Shown: positions 8,747 to 16,407, counted from the first letter of the stretch. The stretch: DNA of 40,000 nt from Geitlerinema sp. BBD 1991-9 (GCA_001657325.1 LWRO01000015.1:105539-145538); one strand, 5' to 3'. Made by a program: numbers and translations. The notes: generated by a model not told the origin, from the letters alone.

Positions 8747-10663
8747 CTAGATCGATCGATAGAATTCGGTGCCGCTATCGCGATCGAGTCCCCCTTTCCC
8801 CACAAAGTCTCCATTCGCCTCGATCGAGTCGTTCGCCGGCGTCACAGGTTCTACCGTTGCCTCGATCGACGATCTCAGGATACCTCTGACGGTGGGATTC
8901 TGGGTGACGAGTCCTTTCTGTGCGACGAACGCCAAAATCCGAGAACGCGACAACCCCCATTCTCGCCGCTGCAAAAAGACTTCGTACACGGCTAACAAGG
9001 GTTCGATGTCTTGTAAATCCACTCGAGATCCCCCCAACGCTTCGAGTCGATCGAGTTCTCGCCGCGCTTTCCAACGACGGGGAATGTCTCGATCTCGAGA
9101 TCGAACCAAACAGCCTCGCGTGAAGCCAAACGTCTCTCGATCGCACAATTTCCGCAACCGCGCACCCACCGTCACCCCTCGATCGCTTTGCACGACTGCC
9201 ACGGCGATCGATATCGGCATTTCCCGCTGTAGCGCCACCACTTTAAAATCGATGGCTCGGCGGTTGAGCGATTTCGGGGCGACTTCACGATCGATCGACT
9301 GAATTTCCAAGTCCTCGATCGTCGTTCCCACCAAACTCTCGAACCCGAACGCCAACGCTTTCGCCACTCGCCGCTCGTCGAGGGATTCCCCCGCTCGATC
9401 GACGTCCGACACACGCTCGAACGCCTGCACCACCCGTTCAATCGGATCGTTTTCCACCGGATGGAAATTCTCCTCGCACCAGGCGATGACCTCGCAAAAA
9501 TTCGACTCTTCCCGCGCCAACGCTGTCAACTGCGCTCGATCGAACGGATACAACGCTGTCGGTGGCGTTAAATCCTGCTGTGCGTAAAATTGTTTCAGCC
9601 AGGTGCGAACCACCGCCTCGATCGTGCGTTCGTCCGGCTCTGACAAGCACGCTGGATCGCCGCGATCGATGATGTGGCGCGACATCGAACCTAAGATCGG
9701 TTGCAGTGCGCGATACCACGTATCCGGTTCCATCGCACTCAAGAGAACAGCTCCGAAGCGTCCCCGCAACCTCCGCAAGCTTTGAGACAACTGCACCATC
9801 GCACTGATGGGAACGCGCACGTCCCAATGAATCTCGAGTTCGGCTTCCTCTTCCTCGTCGTCAACGGCTTCGAGTCGATCGATCGCGACGACGAGCGGTT
9901 TCCAATCCGCCACCAATCGTAAAATATCCTGTAGCAATTCCCCAGCTCTCGACTCTCGCGTATCGCCGATAGCGTTCGGAAGTCCTAACTCGTCGAGCTT
10001 CCAGGGCGCTAGAGATTTCGCCGACAGCCACTTCCGCGCAAACGGAGCCTGCGAGGGGGCCAGCGTCCACAAAATCGCGCGAACCACGTCCGGATCGTCA
10101 ATGTTGGGACGCACTTTGTAAAACGCCTCTGCCACGCGATCGATCCAATGGCGATTTCGATCTTGGGGTTGCGAGCGCAAACGCCGCACGGCCATGTCGG
10201 GGGTCAGGTTTTTTGCAGAGGGTTCGACCCCTTGAAAAGCTTGGTTCGCCAGAAAACTCGCCAATTCCTGCCATTGCATGAACCCCGACGCGCCCCGTTG
10301 CGTCAAACTCCGCACGACTTCTATCAGCATCATTTGGCGAATTGTCGTTCCATCGCGAAACTGTTGTGCGTCGGCGTACACAAACGCAGCGCATCCGCTT
10401 TCTCGGAGTTGGCGGCGCACCCGAGCCAACAGGTGAGTTTTTCCCGTTCCTTCCTCACCTAAAATCGCGATCGATCGGACTCGATTCTCCCGTTCCGCCG
10501 CCTGGAGTGCTGTTGAAACGCGATCGGCGGCTTCTCGGTGAACGGCTTCGCAGTCTGGACACGCACCACTCCAGACCTCCGGTTCGCCGAGTTCGGACAA
10601 ACCGGAAAATGGATTTTGGGCTGCGATGGCACGGTTGAGATCGGCGAGGGTCCGGCGATCCAA
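8747..10663 (-). CDS. Large P-loop NTPase (AAA/ORC-Cdc6-like or STAND-like), function unknown
   Basis: 638-aa ORF. Walker A is ILGEEGTGKTHLL and Walker B-like is LVVAIDRLEAVDDEEEE. A long helical C-terminal region follows. The TTG start lies 20 nt after the stop of the upstream gene, with an AAGGGA SD-like sequence. Confidence 0.8.
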   Translation of the reverse strand: MDRRTLADLNRAIAAQNPFSGLSELGEPEVWSGACPDCEAVHREAADRVSTALQAAERENRVRSIAILGEEGTGKTHLLARVRRQLRESGCAAFVYADAQQFRDGTTIRQMMLIEVVRSLTQRGASGFMQWQELASFLANQAFQGVEPSAKNLTPDMAVRRLRSQPQDRNRHWIDRVAEAFYKVRPNIDDPDVVRAILWTLAPSQAPFARKWLSAKSLAPWKLDELGLPNAIGDTRESRAGELLQDILRLVADWKPLVVAIDRLEAVDDEEEEAELEIHWDVRVPISAMVQLSQSLRRLRGRFGAVLLSAMEPDTWYRALQPILGSMSRHIIDRGDPACLSEPDERTIEAVVRTWLKQFYAQQDLTPPTALYPFDRAQLTALAREESNFCEVIAWCEENFHPVENDPIERVVQAFERVSDVDRAGESLDERRVAKALAFGFESLVGTTIEDLEIQSIDREVAPKSLNRRAIDFKVVALQREMPISIAVAVVQSDRGVTVGARLRKLCDRETFGFTRGCLVRSRDRDIPRRWKARRELDRLEALGGSRVDLQDIEPLLAVYEVFLQRREWGLSRSRILAFVAQKGLVTQNPTVRGILRSSIEATVEPVTPANDSIEANGDFVGKGGLDRDSGTEFYRSI

Positions 10664-10683
10664 AATTGTTAACGAGTCCCTTA

Positions 10684-11364
10684 CTAACGTGTTGTCTCCG
10701 AATCGGCTGGATGAAACTGCTTCGTGTCGTCACAATAGTGCCACGAAATGCCGTCGGGATCTTTGGTTCGCACCCATTCAGAGAAATCCGGCTTGTGCTT
10801 GCGTTTGCCGATCGTACTCGGACTGACTGCAAGTCGACGAGCGAGTTGCGCTTGAATGAGTGACGGCGGGACGGTGTTAGCGTTCGGCTCGATCGACGTT
10901 CGATCGGGAGAACGCAACACCGTTGAAGCGGGAGAGAAGCAGTAACGAACGTCTCCTCGATCCGTTACTTCCAATCTAGCATTGAATTCCCGCGCTGTTT
11001 CGTCGAGTAGGGGTTTGACGCTGGCAGGAGACGACTGAACTCGTTCGGCGAACTCCCACAGCGTTAGGGGGCGATCGTCTTCACGAATCCGTTGATAGAG
11101 AATCTCGCGCCATTGCAAGGTTTGTTGGGTTCGGCGCTGTCGATCGAAGTTCCAAAACACAAACCCTCCCATTCCAGCAAGTGCCGCAAAACCGACGGCG
11201 TTTACTGCAAACAGCATGGTGGAGAGGGTGTCGAAAAACGCCCGAAAAAAGGCGATCGACCCTTGTAAAAGGGCGGGAACGATAAATAAGGCGGCTAAAA
11301 CGCCCGCGATAACGCGCCAGTAAGTTTTTGGGGAAAATTCGGCGGAATTGCCGTTCGGAGTCAT
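10684..11364 (-). CDS. Membrane-anchored protein with a winged-helix-like module and a C-terminal helix-turn-helix
   Basis: Two predicted TM helices (VIAGVLAALFIVPALL and AVGFAALAGMGGFVFW). The module LTLWEFAERV...EVTDRGDVRYCF is present, as is the C-terminal LIQAQLARRLAVSPSTIGKR...DPDGISWHY. The ATG at 11364 is preferred; a GTG at 11412 is the alternative. Confidence 0.7.
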   Translation of the reverse strand: MTPNGNSAEFSPKTYWRVIAGVLAALFIVPALLQGSIAFFRAFFDTLSTMLFAVNAVGFAALAGMGGFVFWNFDRQRRTQQTLQWREILYQRIREDDRPLTLWEFAERVQSSPASVKPLLDETAREFNARLEVTDRGDVRYCFSPASTVLRSPDRTSIEPNANTVPPSLIQAQLARRLAVSPSTIGKRKHKPDFSEWVRTKDPDGISWHYCDDTKQFHPADSETTR

Positions 11365-11483
11365 TCTTGCTTCTATTTGGCTCCACTGGACGACTCGCCT
11401 AAATTTTGACACATTCCCAAGACTTCGGGGCTGAAAGGGTTGTGTTTTAGAGAAAAACTAGCTTCGATCGACTCTCTCGCGAA

Positions 11484-11504
11484 TAGACCTCCTGCATGAA
11501 TCTA
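11484..11504. promoter_or_regulatory. 21-nt motif copy B, TAGACCTCCTGCATGAATCTA, upstream of the 10684..11364 gene
   Basis: 20/21 identical to 2515..2535. In both copies a GTGGAAG heptamer follows 60-62 nt later on the plus strand. Confidence 0.35.
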
Positions 11505-11799
11505 GCAATCGTGTGTCAGTTGACCGGTTCAATAGAGGAAAGAGGATAAAAGTTGGGACAGTAACCGTGGAAGCAACCCCAAGATGCACAACACGGACTG
11601 AGAAAAGCGAGCGGACAGGGATACGGAATCCAATTCGGTATGAGTTCAAACGCTGGTATGGGGTGAACCACCACAGCGTTTCTCAGTCAAGTGAGGTACA
11701 GTAACAGCAATGAGTAAACTCCTGATGTCATTTATAAAGAAGGGTTTTCTGGGTTTGTGATAAAAATGTAACTTAGACTACAAAAAACCAGACTTCGAT

Positions 11800-12166
11800 C
11801 GCAAAAAACTTCAGTATCAGGTTTTCTGGACACAGAAAACCACCGTATACCCAGAAGATCCAAAAAGCAAGATAAGATCTTTAGCTAGAAAGCCTTTGAG
11901 TAGTTGCAAAAACGCTACTCGCCTCTTCTAGACTCGTTCAGTTTCTTTCTCATCAGCTTGGAACGTTTTTTTTTCGTAATATCCAACTTTTTGAGCATTC
12001 GATCGACGGTCGTATGATTGATGCGATCTCCAGCTTTATCTTCCAAAAGCGTTTGGAGTTTTTCTGAGGTAGCATCATTTTTTCCTTTCACTAATCGACG
12101 AAGTACAGATCGTTGCTCAGAACTCAGTTTTATTGACCGTTTTTGGGTGCGCTTCTTGGGAGCCAA
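11800..12166 (-). pseudogene. IS630 (Tc1/mariner)-family transposase remnant: HTH region only, DDE domain missing or degenerate
   Basis: The 83-aa ORF (LSSEQRSVLRRLVKGKNDATSEKLQTLLEDKAGDRINHTTVDRMLKKLDITKKK) resembles the second HTH of IS630 transposases. Downstream, a shifted frame reads RRVAFLQLLKGF..KDLILL, resembling the start of the catalytic domain. The lower boundary is approximate. Confidence 0.55.
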
Positions 12167-12201
12167 TAAACCCGTTTATTAGTACTGATAAACGGGTTTA
12201 T
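12166..12201. repeat. 14-bp perfect inverted repeat (ATAAACCCGTTTAT, loop TAGTACTG, ATAAACGGGTTTAT) abutting the IS630 remnant
   Basis: Read directly. It could be an IS end or MITE-like hairpin, or a stem-loop. Confidence 0.6.
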
Positions 12202-12394
12202 CAATAAAGCTTTTTGTTATGCACAACTGCTTGGCTAGATGCCATTATGAAATCGATTCACTTTCCTGGATATCGATAATTTTTCCGTGAAAGTCTAGGG
12301 AATATAGCTTTAAAGATTTTAGCTCGTCTAAAATAAAATTTAATCTTAAATGTACCTCATCAGCATAAAAAATGCTGTAGAGAAGGAGATATCA

Positions 12395-12631
12395 TCAAAA
12401 GCGTCCCCTCTCCAAATTTAATGTACTCATCATATCGTTTAAACCTTTACTATTAGAATAATTTTCTACTTTTGGGGCTATCAAATAGCGTTCAAACACA
12501 AATTCACTATAATCAGCCAGATCGTCCATGCCTGCTATTGTTAACACAACTTCTGATGCTAACCAGAGCGTGCTTTTGAGAATGAATACTTTCCAGCGAA
12601 CGTTCATGTTGAGTTCCTCTATTGCTTCCAA
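12395..12631 (-). CDS. Hypothetical small protein (possible single TM)
   Basis: 78-aa ORF in an AT-rich spacer. No recognisable motif; it could be spurious. Confidence 0.3.
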   Translation of the reverse strand: MEAIEELNMNVRWKVFILKSTLWLASEVVLTIAGMDDLADYSEFVFERYLIAPKVENYSNSKGLNDMMSTLNLERGRF

Positions 12632-12848
12632 AATCCCAAGTTGTTTGACCAGAGTATGAAACGAGTTCAGTGAAATGATTGAAACGATTTAATTTGATGT
12701 TTGACATCGATACAGCTCCAATTAAAACAACGATCGAACTGCCATGAAAGAGGTGAAACACCAAAGACAAGTATTGACTGAAAAAGCTTTAAGACTTGCA
12801 AAAATGTTTCAACCTCAATGCATAGTACAATGAAACCTCAAAATTCAT

Positions 12849-13193
12849 TCAATCTTCATCTAAAGCAGGGAAAGACTCCTCAATTTTCCATAGAATACTT
12901 TTGTGAGCAATAAACCAACTACGTGTTTCTGGTTTTAACTCATCCCACACCAGATCTGGATCGATATGAGGCAGTTCATATTGATATTTCTTGCCGAGCA
13001 ATCGCAAATTTTCGACAATATTTTCAGAAATGCCAAAATCTAACCAGTCCACCTGAACAATCCGACTCGATATCCCACCACAAGGATCGTAAATGAGCTG
13101 TGCAACTCGAATCAGATCGGCAAAATGAGTAGGTTTGAGTCCTGCGATCTGTTGGATTTCCCGAATTCTCTCTTGATTTTGCCTAATACTCAC
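12849..13193 (-). CDS. Hypothetical protein, last gene of the leftward nif gene string
   Basis: 114-aa ORF with a GTG start 12 nt after the stop of the NafY-like gene. No domain recognised. Confidence 0.55.
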   Translation of the reverse strand: MSIRQNQERIREIQQIAGLKPTHFADLIRVAQLIYDPCGGISSRIVQVDWLDFGISENIVENLRLLGKKYQYELPHIDPDLVWDELKPETRSWFIAHKSILWKIEESFPALDED

Positions 13194-13205
13194 GATCGAT
13201 ACCTC

Positions 13206-13946
13206 TCAGTTCTGAACAGCAGCTTGATAATTTTTGACTCGCTTGTCGGCTTGAACCCCTAAGATCTTGGCTAACCAGGGTGGGGGAGATGTAGCGATCG
13301 CCTTTTGCAAGTCAGCCAAGATTTCTCGGATTACTCCCCCTGCTTCAACCTTCATGGGATAGATATTGGCTTGGATCACCTTTGCTGCAGCGGGACCACC
13401 AATAGACACCACATAGAGAATGGGACAATCTTTAATTAAATCAACTCGAAATTTGTTTTTATCGCTGCTCAGATCGGCTTCGAGGGTCGATCGAACATCG
13501 ATGAGCTTGATGTCATTGGCGGAGAGTTGGTAAATCAAGTAGCGATGACAAGACCCAAAGTGTCCGTCGAGTTGCTCGCCAGTGTTCGAGGCCACTGCAA
13601 CTCGAATCGAGTTAGGCATATCCCCATCTTGATAGGGTTCAATTGGCAAGGATTGGGAACACTGGTCTTGTTCTCCCCATAAGATGCGTACAGCATCTTT
13701 GAAGGCAGCGATATCTTGATTGTTGGCTTCTTCTCCTTCCCATTCTCCTTCATCTACTTCGTAAATGTTGCCGAAGGATCGTTTGAGTTGGGTGACGGTG
13801 AGTTTACTCAGGGATGTTTCCGTAATTTCACCATCAAGGTTAGTTTGTAATGCCTCGATTAGATCTCTAACGGAAACATCAGGTAAAACCCGAGCAGCTA
13901 AGGCAATTCTTAGTGCAACTTCATTGGAAATAGGTTGGTCGAGCAT
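13206..13946 (-). CDS. NafY/NifY-like two-domain protein (N-terminal NafY-type domain plus C-terminal NifX/NifB-C FeMo-cofactor-binding domain)
   Basis: 246 aa, with AGGAGA 5-6 nt upstream of the ATG. N-terminus is EVALRIALAARVLP. The C-terminus IRVAVASNTGEQLDGHFGSCHRYLIYQL ... VVSIGGPAAAKV ... PPPWLAKIL matches the dinitrogenase FeMo-cofactor-binding (NifX-like) fold. Confidence 0.75.
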   Translation of the reverse strand: MLDQPISNEVALRIALAARVLPDVSVRDLIEALQTNLDGEITETSLSKLTVTQLKRSFGNIYEVDEGEWEGEEANNQDIAAFKDAVRILWGEQDQCSQSLPIEPYQDGDMPNSIRVAVASNTGEQLDGHFGSCHRYLIYQLSANDIKLIDVRSTLEADLSSDKNKFRVDLIKDCPILYVVSIGGPAAAKVIQANIYPMKVEAGGVIREILADLQKAIATSPPPWLAKILGVQADKRVKNYQAAVQN

Positions 13947-13986
13947 GATTTTCTCCTAGATGTGATGGTTGAAGGTTTAGCAAAGC

Positions 13987-14943
13987 CTACAAAGATTCGA
14001 TTTCTTTTAGCAATAAATCGATTTGGTTTAATCGGTTTATTACTTCAGGACGATCGAGAAACTTAGGATTTTTTCTGATAGACTTAAACCGCTCGTAAAT
14101 TCGATCAGATATGTCTTTCTTTTGAGCTGAAAAGTAATCTGAGTTTGTTCTAGACTTGATTAAATCAATCAAATCACTTTTCGTTTTTCCTTCGGCTTGC
14201 GAAATTAAAAATTCATGCAGTTCTGCAGGTTGACGATTGATTAACACAGCATTGGTCGGTGAGATTTTACCCGCTCGAAGTGAAGTTAGGATAGTCGGTG
14301 CTAAATTCAGTAAGGGCAGTCGATTTGAAACAAAGCTAGATAGTTTCATTCCAAACTCACTCAGGATTTCACGGACGATCTCTATTTGTCGATTGCTGGA
14401 TATACTTGAAGAATTAGTTCCACGTGTTCGTAAATTTTTTACCTGATATAACCATTTTTTTACATCTTCTGCAGATAAATTTAATCTTAAAGATAGCAGA
14501 CTGAGTATACTTTCAGTTTGTTCGATTGTGGAAATTTCTTCATTAAGAAGATGGGCTATGATGGCAGCTTCTAGGGCAATTGAATCTGACATTTCACGAA
14601 CAATGCTAGGAATTGACCTTACGCCAATGGCTTGACAACAGCGCCATCGGCGTTCACCACTGATGATTTCAAATTGTTGATTTTGACAGTGTTGATTTTG
14701 ACTAGGTCTAAGCAAAATCGGTTCGAGTACTCCATGTTTGCGAATTGAATTTTTAAGAAGTTCCATCTTTTGCGAATCAAAATAGAGTCTAGGTTGGTGT
14801 ATGTTCTCTGGTAACCGAAGTGGAATAATACGATCGACAGGAATTTCAATAGAGGTTAATGATTGAGACTTTAAGCTTGTTATTGCCTCTTTTAGTTGAG
14901 AAATTTTTTCTCCCTCTTGAGCATACATGCCGTTATTCGTCAC
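13987..14943 (-). CDS. ParB/Spo0J-like protein (N-terminal ParB/Srx CTPase-fold domain plus HTH region); orphan, with no adjacent ParA
   Basis: 318 aa. Motifs LKNSIRKHGVLEPILLRP, FEIISGERRWRCCQAIG (GERRxR arginine patch) and IPSIVREMSD, followed by RLPLLNLAPTILTSLRAGKISPTNAVLI. The gene is markedly AT-rich; a sampled 110-nt stretch was about one-third G+C. Confidence 0.8.
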   Translation of the reverse strand: MTNNGMYAQEGEKISQLKEAITSLKSQSLTSIEIPVDRIIPLRLPENIHQPRLYFDSQKMELLKNSIRKHGVLEPILLRPSQNQHCQNQQFEIISGERRWRCCQAIGVRSIPSIVREMSDSIALEAAIIAHLLNEEISTIEQTESILSLLSLRLNLSAEDVKKWLYQVKNLRTRGTNSSSISSNRQIEIVREILSEFGMKLSSFVSNRLPLLNLAPTILTSLRAGKISPTNAVLINRQPAELHEFLISQAEGKTKSDLIDLIKSRTNSDYFSAQKKDISDRIYERFKSIRKNPKFLDRPEVINRLNQIDLLLKEIESL

Positions 14944-14967
14944 GATCTCACCCTTGAATAAATATGT

Positions 14968-15711
14968 TTATACACAACTAAGCTGAATTTCTTGTACTCG
15001 ATCTCGATCGTCAGATCGAGCATAGGCTAGTTGAAGCTTGTACATGTGTTGGAAAAGTTGCCAGCAGTAATGCTCTGGCAAACGGCAGGTGGTAGCACCT
15101 CGCATCACCACATTGAAGTACCAGTCGTTGGGAGGAATTTCTACCGAGGTTTTTTGGACGACGACATAGGTTCTAGCCCGGATGTAGGTTTGCTTGCCGC
15201 GATCGACGGTCACCCATTCATGGCGATAGGCATTTTGCTGAACCCCCTCACGTCGATCGAGTCGATCGCTAAGTCGCCAAGGGAGCCTATACAAAACCCC
15301 CTGAACCTCACGAGTTGGATCGGGCAAGATATCGAGGGCACCACACTGACGTTGAGATGAGTAGTAATGGAACCCGATCCGATATCCCTTCAAGGTAGCA
15401 ATGCCCATGACATAAAGATGTGTATTTTCCCCTAGCGATCGCTTGAGATCCACCGGACACATACAAGAGCCATAAGCAAAATAGTAGAAGTAGCCCTCTA
15501 AGAAATCTTTTGAGAAATCTTCTGAGAATTTTACAGAAGATGAATGCAACGTTTTGTCGAGCGCTACATTTGCCCTCCTGTTTCCCCGTACTGGGGAAGA
15601 TTGAAGGTCACAGTTCCTCAAAATTCGGAAGCGACTACACTGGGCGAATTTCCCAACTCGAAGCAAGCGGCGCAGATTTAGGAGACTACGATCGATAAAT
15701 TTCGTCAACAT
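14968..15711 (-). CDS. Gamma-glutamylcyclotransferase (GGCT/AIG2)-like protein
   Basis: Core motifs YYFAYGSCM...DLKRSL and DRREGV. The first ~70 aa are Arg-rich with no recognisable domain, so the true start may lie further downstream. Confidence 0.65.
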   Translation of the reverse strand: MLTKFIDRSLLNLRRLLRVGKFAQCSRFRILRNCDLQSSPVRGNRRANVALDKTLHSSSVKFSEDFSKDFLEGYFYYFAYGSCMCPVDLKRSLGENTHLYVMGIATLKGYRIGFHYYSSQRQCGALDILPDPTREVQGVLYRLPWRLSDRLDRREGVQQNAYRHEWVTVDRGKQTYIRARTYVVVQKTSVEIPPNDWYFNVVMRGATTCRLPEHYCWQLFQHMYKLQLAYARSDDRDRVQEIQLSCV

Positions 15712-15730
15712 GGCTCGAGGTTAAACGCAA

Positions 15731-16363
15731 TTAGGGGGCACAAAAATGCTCTTCAATCAGTGCCGATAAATTCTCAGGGCTGAGTCGATCGTAGCGGTGT
15801 TTACCTGGCATGATAGTCAGACTGGGCGCTTGAGAACAGCGTTTTTGACAGCCAGAGGGTCGAATCTCAACGGATTCGTGGAGCTGGTGTTCTCGTAGGG
15901 CTTGCTCCAATGCCACTAAAAGCTGATGCCCACCTCGTTTTAGGCAACCTGACTTTTGGCAAACCAGGATTTTCGATCGCAGCTTTCCAGGCTTGGAAGA
16001 ATGCTCTAGCGCATCAGCGTGCTGACACGGAGAAGGGGCAACTGTGGTTATGGGAATAGCTGAAGGAGAAGCGGACAGCTCGTTTCCAGCATCGGGAGGT
16101 AGTGTAAAAAGGTGGTAGGCTTCCAACCTAATTACGCCAGCCTTCACATCGATCTGGCTGCGGCCGATGCAACGGATGCGATGTCCCGTTTGGAGATGCA
16201 ACCGCAGCGTAGTCCGTAGCTGCTTGGGTAGCTTAATTGCGAGCTGTTCCTCTTCAACCTCAAGGACAATAAACTTCGGCTTGCTGGGATTCTTGCCGAG
16301 AAAGCCCAAGACCGTTCCTTGCAAATTGAACATCCAAGGTGGTGTTTTCTGGGTTTCAAACAT
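15731..16363 (-). CDS. Protein with an unknown N-terminal domain and a C-terminal thioredoxin-like [2Fe-2S] ferredoxin domain
   Basis: The ATG at 16363 is preceded by AGGAGA. The C-terminus ILVCQKSGCLKRGG...SGCQKRCSQAPSLTIMP carries four Cys in the Trx-like ferredoxin arrangement. Confidence 0.75.
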   Translation of the reverse strand: MFETQKTPPWMFNLQGTVLGFLGKNPSKPKFIVLEVEEEQLAIKLPKQLRTTLRLHLQTGHRIRCIGRSQIDVKAGVIRLEAYHLFTLPPDAGNELSASPSAIPITTVAPSPCQHADALEHSSKPGKLRSKILVCQKSGCLKRGGHQLLVALEQALREHQLHESVEIRPSGCQKRCSQAPSLTIMPGKHRYDRLSPENLSALIEEHFCAP

Positions 16364-16407
16364 GGTCGTTCTCCTGTAGCAACGAACGGATGACTGTGGC
16401 AATAGAC

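Noticed and set aside
8668-8814. The longer 250-aa version of the vWA ORF starting at 8814
   Set aside because: It would overlap the ATPase gene by 68 nt. The extra 49 residues are not domain-like. The vWA beta-strand and MIDAS motif begin right after the internal ATG at 8667.
2515-11504. The two 21-nt direct repeats (2515-2535 and 11484-11504) as attL/attR of a 9-kb integrated element
   Set aside because: The enclosed genes include core cyanobacterial functions (btpA, VKOR-Trx, DUF92). No integrase or recombinase is present, and composition matches the flanks. A regulatory or RNA-element explanation fits better.
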